DNA of 64,000 nucleotides, from positions 65,314 through 129,313 of the forward strand of contig MGPE01000006.1 of assembly GCA_001797335.1 (NCBI GenBank), read 5' to 3'. The position numbers were made by a program, and so were the translations under genes. The notes beneath the pieces are model-generated. The model searched no databases and was not told where the DNA came from. It saw only the letters and a program-made list of their open reading frames with translations. This DNA comes from Deltaproteobacteria bacterium GWA2_38_16. GTDB lineage: Bacteria; Bdellovibrionota; JACOXK01; 2-02-FULL-40-11. Of the stretch, positions 55,569-64,000 are shown one piece after another. Within the stretch, counting starts at the first letter, position 1. Every line of letters begins with the position of its first letter.

Positions 55569-57038
55569 AAATAAAGAAATTCCAGAAGTAGGAGTCAATC
55601 CTTGGCCGCCCCCATTTTTAGGTCCTTGGGTAATATCAACGAGTGCCCCACATCCCATTCCAGCAGATTCTGAGGCAGAAAGCCCAATAGAATCTGAAAT
55701 GGAAGAGGGAGTATAAGGAGGAATATTCCCATCTGGCGTTGTATTGGATGCTGTGGTCACGGCATCACTGGGTTCTACACTGCCCTTCCCAATCATCCCT
55801 TCAAGAGAGGCATTGGATACTGATGTATCCATAATGATTTTTTTCACTTGAAGATGCATGAGTTCTGGTTGCTCAGAGAGCATCATCGCTGCTACCCCCG
55901 CCACATAGGGCGTAGCCATGGATGTTCCACTTAAATATTTATAACAGGGAGGCACAGAACACTGTTCTTTAGGAACGGCACTATAAATAGCCACTCCGGG
56001 GGCTCCCACATGAACCCCTGTAGGACCATAGTTTGAAAACCACGCTAAATTATCAGAGCTATTAAGCGCTGCTACCGTAATCATATTAGGAATTAAATAT
56101 GAGGGTGGATAAGAAGGCTCTTGGTCAATATTCACAGCACTATTTCCAGCAGCCACGGCAAACACACGATTGGCATTATACGTAGCCACAATCGCATCTC
56201 GCAATGCAGAGGAATAAAATCCACCTCCCCAGCTATTGTTTAGAATTTTAGCGCCATTCCTAACTGCGTAATCAATGGCATTAATCGCATCTCCCGTAGA
56301 TCCATATCCATAATAATCCAAAAATTTAAGGGCCATAATTTTAATCACAGGACGTGCTTTATTTTGAAGGCTTAATACAATTCCAGAGACATGCGTTCCG
56401 TGATAATGATCATCATAAGGATCGTTATCATTATTTACAAAATCCCATCCATTAATATCGTCAATATATCCATTCTTATCGTCATCAATGCCATTGCCTG
56501 GAACTTCTCCTGAATTTATCCACATGTTAGAAGCAATATCGGCATGTGTATAATCCACTCCGGTATCAATGACAGCCACCGTCACATTTTGTCCTGCTCC
56601 TAGAGCTTGGGCTGAACTAAATCTATTTTGTTCTGAAGAAAAAGCTTGGGCAGAGGGTGCGTCTTCAAAAGCTTCTGTGGTAAATGTTGCTGAAAAAATG
56701 TAATTGGGTTCCACATATTCTACCTCTTCCATTCCTTGAATTTTCCCCATCACTTGATCAAAATCTTCTCCCGGACGAATGCGAACATGATGAATATCGG
56801 CCCACGCATAGGAATTTAAAAGTTCAAGACTATCATCTTTTTTTAACTTAGCTTGAAGTTTATGAAATCCCACCTGGTCTGCAAAAATTTTTAAGATATC
56901 TTCTTCTCCAGAAGTAATTTGGGTTTTAAATTTAATAATGAGCTCTCCTTCTACATGAGGAATATTGGGATCTAAAGCAAATCCATTGATAGAAAATAGA
57001 AGCCACGCACTCACGAACAAACAACTCACGTACTTCAT
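55491..57038 (-). CDS. Secreted subtilisin-like serine protease (peptidase S8) with C-terminal GCG–hydrophobic–basic tail
   Basis: Catalytic triad blocks VAVIDTGVDYTHADI (D), HGTHVSGIV (H), GTSMATPYVAGVAAMM (S). C-terminus ..GMGCGAL..GGGQG..ISLFLLSWPLLFVFFLRRQMRRK. The 3' end overlaps the convergent cca gene by 78 nt. Confidence 0.8.
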   Translation of the reverse strand: MKYVSCLFVSAWLLFSINGFALDPNIPHVEGELIIKFKTQITSGEEDILKIFADQVGFHKLQAKLKKDDSLELLNSYAWADIHHVRIRPGEDFDQVMGKIQGMEEVEYVEPNYIFSATFTTEAFEDAPSAQAFSSEQNRFSSAQALGAGQNVTVAVIDTGVDYTHADIASNMWINSGEVPGNGIDDDKNGYIDDINGWDFVNNDNDPYDDHYHGTHVSGIVLSLQNKARPVIKIMALKFLDYYGYGSTGDAINAIDYAVRNGAKILNNSWGGGFYSSALRDAIVATYNANRVFAVAAGNSAVNIDQEPSYPPSYLIPNMITVAALNSSDNLAWFSNYGPTGVHVGAPGVAIYSAVPKEQCSVPPCYKYLSGTSMATPYVAGVAAMMLSEQPELMHLQVKKIIMDTSVSNASLEGMIGKGSVEPSDAVTTASNTTPDGNIPPYTPSSISDSIGLSASESAGMGCGALVDITQGPKNGGGQGLTPTSGISLFLLSWPLLFVFFLRRQMRRKFVLSPF

Positions 57039-57063
57039 TAAACCTCCACAAACGTTCTACAGT

Positions 57064-57585
57064 TTACCGAACTTCAAATTCCAGCATCGGCGGTACAGGT
57101 ACTGTCGGCCGTGCTCTTACTTCAGACACTCTCACGCGATAAATCCCACGTCCTGCTACTCTTCCCTCTAGGGTCAGTTGATTCCAGGGAATTACCACAC
57201 TCATTTCTTGGTCAGGTCCTAAACTTTCTTCTGAAATAACTTGAATGCTCATCATATCGTCATTTGACCAAACCAAGGAATGATCCTGTAAAATTTCTAC
57301 TCTCGCTCTTCTCCCATCATTAAATAGGAGGGTCTTTGGCTCAGAACTTGTATTTTTAACCCTCACGCGAATCCCAACCTGCTCAGTCGCAAATTCAGAA
57401 GTTATCTCTCCGTTTTGATTAATGGTTTCAACGGCTGTAATAAAGTCTTGGGATACGGCCTGTGTCATTCCACGTTCCGCTTGAGGCTCATTCCCACTTC
57501 CCTCATTTAACATATCGGCAGATCCACAAGAAAAAACAAGAGGTAAAATCAAAAAATAAAAAGATAGGGTCAAGTGTCTATGCAT
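57064..57585 (-). CDS. Lipoprotein resembling the BsuPI-type intracellular proteinase-inhibitor domain
   Basis: Lipobox LVFSCGSA. ..KTLLFNDGRRARVEILQDHSLVWSNDDMMSIQVISEESLGPDQEMSVVIPW fits, from memory, the BsuPI beta-sandwich pattern (SGQ.YDF.V.D..G..VW.WS...F.Q.....L.PGE). Adjacent to the S8 protease. Confidence 0.45.
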   Translation of the reverse strand: MHRHLTLSFYFLILPLVFSCGSADMLNEGSGNEPQAERGMTQAVSQDFITAVETINQNGEITSEFATEQVGIRVRVKNTSSEPKTLLFNDGRRARVEILQDHSLVWSNDDMMSIQVISEESLGPDQEMSVVIPWNQLTLEGRVAGRGIYRVRVSEVRARPTVPVPPMLEFEVR

Positions 57586-57760
57586 ACGCTCTCCTTTATG
57601 TATGACCTTTCCACCTATACTGAAAACTTCAATAAATTCAGATATTTATATATTATATGCCGGACTTCGTAAGAATCCCTTTGCCCTCTTCCTACATGCC
57701 ACTTTGGCAACTATAATTAAATTGTAACCGCCAACTTTCATTCTGTCAAATTTCCCTCTT

Positions 57761-60700
57761 TTACCATGCCATACACCCTATTGCATCAATCAACATTTTA
57801 CTTCCTCCGAATGAAAGACATTCATAATGTTTACAAGCCGTATTATTTGATTCTGTGGATTTAAGAGTGCAGTGGGTAGCAAGACACGTATCATATCCAC
57901 GCCCATCTACCACACCATTCGTTGTAATTGACTTTACACACTGGTCAAAAGGAGTAGGTGACATCTGACATTTTAAATCACTAGCATGAGTGGAGCAGAA
58001 GGCATCCATACAAGCTCTCATCTCGGCTTCCGTTTTTCCTTCCAGCTGGCTGCAATCATCTACCACGCATTCAATAGAAGCAGGAACTGCATTTTTTGCT
58101 TCAGTAACCATTTGTCCCATATTGGTTTCCGTCATTGCGGTTTGAAAACTAAAATTACATCCACTCTGAACAGAAATACAACTTTCTCTGGTTGTCTGGG
58201 CTTGGGTCATATTCCTTTCTAATTGCTCCTTAAAATTTTCGATGGCTCCTTCTATTTCCTCTTTCTTATTCCTAAAAGCTTCTTGCGCTTGAACCAATGC
58301 TTGCATGGACTGAGAATCCGTACTGCCACACCCTTTGTTTTTCATATCTACTAAAATGGCATTCATTCGGGCTTGTTCTTCATCGCATCCTTGATCTGTA
58401 GAATGATAGCCCATGCAAATCCGCTCTATCCGAAAACGAACAAGTGATAAATCGTTTCTTTTAGAATCGCACTGGTCTTTAAACCGTTCAAAGTTTCTCC
58501 TAGCCTGCTGAAAGGTATTTCTTAAAACGTCTAATTCAGCTTCTTTTGTTTGTTTTTGGTGTTCAAATCCACTTTTTAATCCTTGAAGAGCATTTGTATA
58601 TGTTGTTTCGCAATTGGCCCGGGTCACTTGAGGTAAAATAGAGGCGGCTCTTTGATCTAAGGCTTCTCCCACATTAAACACCCACCTTCTTGTTTTTGTG
58701 GAGGCATCGCTCATTCGAGAATAAAGAGCTCGATACCCTCGAAGAAGTCTTCGAGTAGAATCCAAGGTCAAAGCTATCCTATTAGCTTCATTATCAGATT
58801 CATGAATAAATTTTTCGAAGTCTTCCTTCACCATTTCTTTGATAAGACTCGGGCCAAAACTTAAGAGCAGTTGAAAGCCCGGTAAATACACATCGCTTTT
58901 TCCCTTTGCCACCCATTCTTTAAGATACTTTAAAAATTTTATAATTTTATCTATTTTAACAGCCACTTTAATACTTATTTTTTTAAAAATTTTATCATTG
59001 ATATGAACCAAATGATCAATGGTTTGTTCCAAAAGCATTTCAATGCCTTTCTCAATAGCTTTTCGTACCGCTGCACTTTTTAAAGCAATCCCGATGGTTT
59101 TTTCGGCTGCTATTTTCCACACAGAAATCACCATTCCTACACTTTCTGTCACAAAAACCATGAGATGAGTCATGATGAGTTCATTTAAACGTCGATCAAT
59201 TTCTTCATAGACCTTAGGATCATTTTTTTCAGACAATGCTCTTTTTAAACTTTTTTCTTCTACTTCCAAATCAAATATCTTCCATTCCAATTGATGACGA
59301 TAAATCGAAAATCTGACTGAAAGTTTATCGAGCACCTGATAGAGCTTTTGAAGTTGGCACACACTGGGATTACTTGTTGCAGCCCCCGTACTGCTTACTG
59401 GACAACTGCCTGCTGCTTTTAAAATTTCTTCTTGTTTTACTTTTAAATTTTGAAGCTCTTGTTCAATGGCTTGAGCTAGCCGAATGAGTTGCCTTTCCAT
59501 ATCCTCATTCAATATGTTGGCTTGAGAGGTAGCTCCCCCACTCATACCAGTCGTATCTGCGACCGGGAGTGTTGTTTCCATAGGAGCTCCTCCCGCATTT
59601 TGAATAAGCTGATTCACCTGATCAAAAAACTCTTGCTCTCCTCCCGCCCATGCATGACGGATCAATGTAGGAATAAAAGAAGTAGAAGAATCGTGAACAT
59701 CATGATGATACTCCATATAAAATTTAGGCGCTAAAATTAAAGCAGAAGATTCTATAGAAGCTGCATCTTTTACTAAAATTTTTATTTTCGTTTTTTCATC
59801 TGCATTGTCTGAAAAAATGAGAACTGCTTTATCGATAACAACCAAATCAATTCTGGATGGATCATTTAAAATAGGTCTGTACGTAGCATTTGAAAATGAC
59901 GTTAAAAAGGAGGAATCCATCGAATAAGATAGAGTACCTACATAAGTTGAAATCTGATCACTGCTTATCTTTTCTAATGCCAGATTTCCTTCAAAATCTA
60001 AAATTACTACCTGCGCTTTTTGCTCTTTAGAATATTGTTCTGTAGGAATACCGATAGAGGGAGGAGAGATAGAGTTAGGATTTCCCCACATTCTAGATTT
60101 AAATGAATTCTCTTTAATATCTAAAAAATAATTCCAATAATAATAGTGAGAGTTAATCTCTTCCGAACTCATGCCCTCTTGATACATGGGTTTAATTGTT
60201 TTAATAAAATCCCCACGATCCACCTTTCCATCTCCATTCGTATCCAAAGAGGATTCACTCACCCGAAAGGAGCTAGCCAGGCTTGCAGTAGCTCGAATTA
60301 ATTCTTGCATCTGTGCTTCATTAAATAAAGGCAATGATTTTAATGTATTTTCTAAAGCACTCGCATCCTCCACATCTATATCAGTCATCTTAGGCAAATC
60401 TTCCAATGCCTGTTGCGTAGTTCCTGATAATTTACCCTGCCACACACGATCAACGTTCAGCGTTGATAGGGATTCAGGGGAAGGTAAAAACAATTTATCT
60501 TTTAAAACTTGTGTTTGATCTGGATCTAAAACCTGATGCGTATCTGCCAAATACTGTGAAACAAAAGTATCTTGTTCTTCTTGAGAACCAATCGATTGAT
60601 CTGTGGGAAAATGTTTGGCTAAATCTTCATAAGAAGTATTCTGAACGGTATCGGCCACAGCAGAGGGTCCTTCTTCAGTCGGTAAAACACCAACAGTATC

Positions 60701-60793
60701 TCCTCCCGTAGGACCGCCTCCGCCGCCGCCACCACCTCCGCAAGCAAAGAAAAAGAGAAGGCCAAAAATTGTGAACAACACACGTACCATCAT
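57761..60793 (-). CDS. Large (1010 aa) lipoprotein with poly-Gly linker, coiled-coil centre and Cys-rich C-terminal domain
   Basis: Lipobox FFFACGGGGGGGGGPTGG. Long helical region. ~20 Cys in the last 250 aa. Confidence 0.45.
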   Translation of the reverse strand: MMVRVLFTIFGLLFFFACGGGGGGGGGPTGGDTVGVLPTEEGPSAVADTVQNTSYEDLAKHFPTDQSIGSQEEQDTFVSQYLADTHQVLDPDQTQVLKDKLFLPSPESLSTLNVDRVWQGKLSGTTQQALEDLPKMTDIDVEDASALENTLKSLPLFNEAQMQELIRATASLASSFRVSESSLDTNGDGKVDRGDFIKTIKPMYQEGMSSEEINSHYYYWNYFLDIKENSFKSRMWGNPNSISPPSIGIPTEQYSKEQKAQVVILDFEGNLALEKISSDQISTYVGTLSYSMDSSFLTSFSNATYRPILNDPSRIDLVVIDKAVLIFSDNADEKTKIKILVKDAASIESSALILAPKFYMEYHHDVHDSSTSFIPTLIRHAWAGGEQEFFDQVNQLIQNAGGAPMETTLPVADTTGMSGGATSQANILNEDMERQLIRLAQAIEQELQNLKVKQEEILKAAGSCPVSSTGAATSNPSVCQLQKLYQVLDKLSVRFSIYRHQLEWKIFDLEVEEKSLKRALSEKNDPKVYEEIDRRLNELIMTHLMVFVTESVGMVISVWKIAAEKTIGIALKSAAVRKAIEKGIEMLLEQTIDHLVHINDKIFKKISIKVAVKIDKIIKFLKYLKEWVAKGKSDVYLPGFQLLLSFGPSLIKEMVKEDFEKFIHESDNEANRIALTLDSTRRLLRGYRALYSRMSDASTKTRRWVFNVGEALDQRAASILPQVTRANCETTYTNALQGLKSGFEHQKQTKEAELDVLRNTFQQARRNFERFKDQCDSKRNDLSLVRFRIERICMGYHSTDQGCDEEQARMNAILVDMKNKGCGSTDSQSMQALVQAQEAFRNKKEEIEGAIENFKEQLERNMTQAQTTRESCISVQSGCNFSFQTAMTETNMGQMVTEAKNAVPASIECVVDDCSQLEGKTEAEMRACMDAFCSTHASDLKCQMSPTPFDQCVKSITTNGVVDGRGYDTCLATHCTLKSTESNNTACKHYECLSFGGSKMLIDAIGCMAW

Positions 60794-60806
60794 ACAATCT
60801 TCTTTC

Positions 60807-61640
60807 TTACCGATGTGTTAAGAGAACAGGTTCGGGTTTAAATTTCTTAGAAAATTTAGCTAAAAAATTTCCCGCCTCGTCTAATACCCAAAAATAAATA
60901 ACGTACTGACCCTCTTTATTAAAAACGATAGAGGGATGAATCGAAGTTTCTTTTTCTAAATGATAATCTTCGCCACTGATAGCAACCTCTTCATAAGATT
61001 TATTGCAAATATCTACAGAGTCAAAACCAGAGGGACAATAAACAGGTTTTATTTTTTTAATTTCCCATTGATATTTTAAAATTTCATTCTCGTTAAAAGT
61101 ATGTTGATTTTTTTCTACCTCTCCCATCAATTCCACTTTTTCACCCACCTGAAATGCCAGTTTATCCACACCAAAATCAGCCCTAATGTCATAAGAAGGT
61201 TCTTCTAAGCGGGTTAAATCAATGTCTGTTTTTTTAAGAATTTGTTTTTCGCCGTTTAAAATAACGGCTGCCAAAACTTCATATTTATTTTTTTGTAAAA
61301 ATAAAATAGTTCGTTGAGTGGGACGTTTATTTTGAAGTTCTGGCACTTCTTCATCTAAAATATAGTAGCGGCCGCCACTCACTTCCCAGGTCACTTCTAT
61401 GTCAGAAGAAAGATCGGATTTTAAAGCTACGTGATATAACGTATTATAAAAACTATCCTTATAAGAGGCTAAACTGATGTTCTCCTCTTCTTCTTCAGTG
61501 GGTGTTTCTAACATCATATTGTGATTTTCATCGCTTTTGGCAGGCAAACGCTCTTCTTGTGGAAGTGAATTCTTTTCCCCACAAGCAAAAAGAAACACAC
61601 CCATGAGAACACTTAAAAATATAAACAATGAGCGCTGCAT
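60807..61640 (-). CDS. Lipoprotein, function unknown
   Basis: Lipobox VFLFACGEKN. Confidence 0.4.
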   Translation of the reverse strand: MQRSLFIFLSVLMGVFLFACGEKNSLPQEERLPAKSDENHNMMLETPTEEEEENISLASYKDSFYNTLYHVALKSDLSSDIEVTWEVSGGRYYILDEEVPELQNKRPTQRTILFLQKNKYEVLAAVILNGEKQILKKTDIDLTRLEEPSYDIRADFGVDKLAFQVGEKVELMGEVEKNQHTFNENEILKYQWEIKKIKPVYCPSGFDSVDICNKSYEEVAISGEDYHLEKETSIHPSIVFNKEGQYVIYFWVLDEAGNFLAKFSKKFKPEPVLLTHR

Positions 61641-61759
61641 CTTATTGATTTTACTCTGTAAAATAACGTTCTTATGCTTAAGCTTTTTATCTACTTACGT
61701 ACATTTAAAAGCTTAACTATAATGATATCGCAGATTTAAATTAAGTCAAATAAGAGGAT

Positions 61760-62761
61760 TTATTGGCCCCAATCAAACGCATCATCAGGATCTCGAAACT
61801 GTGGCCATCGTCTTTCCTGAATAGAGTCAACCATGCCTTTAAGTTCTTCTAGAAGCTTTTCTTGGCCGGGGCCACAACTGGAATGTTCTTCTACTTCTTC
61901 TGTTCGGTGAGAAACGATATTTTCAGCACCCCGCAACTTAGCCTGTAAACAATCATTAAAATCGACTTTAGATTCTGAAGTTAAACGAATAGAATCAATA
62001 TTTTCATGACGCTCGTCAAAAGGAGTCATGGAAGTCCCTTCTTGTCTGGGTAGATTCAGTCGAATTTCATTGGCGTGATCATTGTCCCATGCCATTCCTA
62101 CTCGATAGCGACCATTCACATCTTCTTCTTTTCTATAACTTAAAAAATAATTAAATATGGTTCGAATAGGTGGGGTAGTAGAGCGCATGCCGGTAAAGTC
62201 ACTCCCCCCTAAAAAAAGATCTGGGTTTAATACAGAAGTTCCTTCTTTCATGATGGCAATTTGATTCTCGCAAGGATTAAAATAAGCTTCTACTTTTTTC
62301 CCTCGTCTATCTTGTCCTGTAAATTTAGTTAAAGGAATAATGTGTTCATTTTTTAAATCAGGCTGATTATGCGGGGTAAACTGAAATTTACCTTGAGCAT
62401 CTTGAGTCATATTTAAAACATGTGCTCTCCACCCTCCCTCTTGTTTTTTAAATACAAAAGCATAATGAAGTTCAGGATCTAAAACAGCTCCGCTATCTGG
62501 TTTAAATGATCCATCGTCTCTGGTATCGTAACTTTTTTCCATGCGACCATCGGGTTCTATGAACCGTACTTTTATTTTTCCACTGAGTTCATCAATTAAA
62601 ATCCGGGCATCACGCCTTGTGCCATTAGGAAGATCAAATGTTGTGGTATACACATAAATACGTTTTTCAGGAGCCGGAGTTGTTTGAGAAGTAGGTGGAT
62701 TTTGAGCAAATACAGAAACACACAACAATAAAAGCACACTTAAAAAAATTATTTTTTTCAT
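61760..62761 (-). CDS. Secreted hypothetical protein
   Basis: Signal peptide MKKIIFLSVLLLLCVSVFAQ. Confidence 0.4.
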   Translation of the reverse strand: MKKIIFLSVLLLLCVSVFAQNPPTSQTTPAPEKRIYVYTTTFDLPNGTRRDARILIDELSGKIKVRFIEPDGRMEKSYDTRDDGSFKPDSGAVLDPELHYAFVFKKQEGGWRAHVLNMTQDAQGKFQFTPHNQPDLKNEHIIPLTKFTGQDRRGKKVEAYFNPCENQIAIMKEGTSVLNPDLFLGGSDFTGMRSTTPPIRTIFNYFLSYRKEEDVNGRYRVGMAWDNDHANEIRLNLPRQEGTSMTPFDERHENIDSIRLTSESKVDFNDCLQAKLRGAENIVSHRTEEVEEHSSCGPGQEKLLEELKGMVDSIQERRWPQFRDPDDAFDWGQ

Positions 62762-62779
62762 GGGCGCTCCTTATTCTTC

Positions 62780-64000
62780 TTATCGGACATTCACCCATGA
62801 AACTTGAATTCGTGCGGGAAGTTGAATTAGGACAAAGAAGAAGGCCACCAAAATTAAAGAAAGGGTATTTCCCCCGGTCCAATCCGAAGGGCCAGACGTT
62901 GTAATAATGCCACACCCCGAAGGACCCATATCAACAGAGTTTTGAGGATCATATTCTGACGACAAAGACGTAGTTAAGGGAGTATAGGGAGGAATCACGC
63001 CATCCGGAACCGTTGATTGAGCTTCCAAAATAGCTTTTGAAGCATCCACAATGCCACCAGAGGCAATAATAGGATCCAATTCTGCTACAAACGTAGCCGT
63101 ATCCATAATAATTTCTTTCACCTGAAAAGAAGAAATCCCTCGATTTTGATCCATCATGAGCATGGCTACTCGACTTACGTAGGGAGTCGCCATCGAAGTT
63201 CCACTCATATATCCATACATGCCATTGGGCATTGAACTATAAATGGAAACTCCAGGAGCAGCAACATCGACTGATTTTTTCCCAAAATTTGAAAACCAAG
63301 CCAAAGACCCTAAACTCGTCGATGCAGCAATAGACAAGAGATTGGGATGTTCAAAACTTGCCGGGTAAGAAGGAGTGGCATCAATATCTGTACTTTCGTT
63401 ACCCGCCGCTACCACAAAGAGTGCCCCTTTTTGATAGGTTTGAGTAACTACATCGTGCAGAGCTCTCGATGTCCCTCCCCCTCCCCAGCTGTTGTTGAAC
63501 ACCTTCACGCCCATTTGTAATCCATAGGAAATCGCTGAAATAGCATCTAAAGTTGTCCCCATGCCGTCACCATCTAAAAATTTTAAAGGCATAATTTTAA
63601 AATTCCCACTCATGTCTATTTCGGTGGGAGATTTAACTCCCGCAATGGTTCCAGACACATGGGTTCCATGGCCATGGTCATCCATGGGATCATTGGTATT
63701 GGTCACAAAATTCCACCCTTGAATATCGTCAATAAAGCCATTACCGTCGTCATCTTTTCCATTTCCGGAAATTTCTTTGGCATTGATAAAAATTCGATTT
63801 TGAAGAATTGGGTGCATATAATCTACACCGGTATCTACCACCGCCACCAAGATAGGATCCTGCTGAGCGGGGGACAAAGTTGAAACACCAAAAGTATCAT
63901 TAGCTGTCATTGCTGTTTTATCAAAAACTGAAAAACGAAAAGAAGTAGCTTCTAAAATATAATTGGGCTCCACAAACTCCACATCAGGATCCTGTTTAAG
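62780..64000 (-). CDS. Second subtilisin-like S8 protease, 5'-truncated by the window edge. The reading frame stays open upstream of the track's GTG at 63980-63982.
   Basis: VAVVDTGVDYMHPIL (D), HGHGTHVSGTIAG (H), GTSMATPYVSRVAMLM (S). ..EFVEPNYILEATSF aligns to residues ~95-110 of the first S8 (EVEYVEPNYIFSATF), implying ~100 missing N-terminal residues. C-terminus ..SGCGIITTSG..TLSLILVAFFFVLIQLPARI. Confidence 0.8.
   Translation of the reverse strand, partial: LKQDPDVEFVEPNYILEATSFRFSVFDKTAMTANDTFGVSTLSPAQQDPILVAVVDTGVDYMHPILQNRIFINAKEISGNGKDDDGNGFIDDIQGWNFVTNTNDPMDDHGHGTHVSGTIAGVKSPTEIDMSGNFKIMPLKFLDGDGMGTTLDAISAISYGLQMGVKVFNNSWGGGGTSRALHDVVTQTYQKGALFVVAAGNESTDIDATPSYPASFEHPNLLSIAASTSLGSLAWFSNFGKKSVDVAAPGVSIYSSMPNGMYGYMSGTSMATPYVSRVAMLMMDQNRGISSFQVKEIIMDTATFVAELDPIIASGGIVDASKAILEAQSTVPDGVIPPYTPLTTSLSSEYDPQNSVDMGPSGCGIITTSGPSDWTGGNTLSLILVAFFFVLIQLPARIQVSWVNVR

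Noticed and set aside
1-64000. CRISPR arrays, rRNA/tRNA genes, integrase/transposase genes
   Set aside because: I looked for regularly spaced direct repeats, tRNA-like cloverleaf stretches in intergenic regions, and recombinase motifs. None were found. The only repeats are the VNTR at 50.5 kb and the dispersed direct repeats reported above.

Overview
AT-rich bacterial chromosomal window with compact coding on both strands. Housekeeping genes sit at the left edge and in the middle: aspS (5' part), hisS, an aspC-like aminotransferase, coaD, rsmD, a class II aldolase-like gene, secA and cca. Around them lie envelope/secreted-protein loci and a clearly accessory, mosaic stretch (about 25–34 kb) carrying BrnT/BrnA, HicA/HicB, Fic, two DUF4143 AAA ATPases and relic gene fragments bracketed by direct repeats. 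The most unusual content is in the left third, in three parts. (1) A seven-gene, translationally coupled plus-strand operon at 7653–14521: PqqD-like peptide-recognition protein, two paralogous ATP-grasp ligases, a fold-III PLP decarboxylase, a urea-transporter-like channel, a sirtuin and a DUF1624 acyltransferase-like membrane protein. It matches no pathway I can name and looks like a peptide-templated small-molecule or RiPP-like system. (2) Two paralogous 66-aa ORFs (16755–16955 and 18617–18817) resemble nitrile-hydratase-type (NHLP) RiPP leader peptides but stop where a core peptide would begin. One overlaps, by GTGA, a gene fusing a cNMP-binding domain to an M50 site-2 protease. The other is followed by a deletion relic of that same protease gene. 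(3) A TPR lipoprotein / β-barrel / giant TPR protein trio lies divergent from the operon. Other points: an N6-adenine methyltransferase-like 968-aa protein with a degenerate NPPY motif, a perfect 27-bp in-frame tandem repeat array, and two S8 subtilases sharing a C-terminal GCG–helix–basic-tail signal with an adjacent BsuPI-like inhibitor lipoprotein. No rRNA, tRNA, CRISPR array or integrase/transposase gene was recognised. All calls come from reading the translations and DNA by eye, with no searches run.
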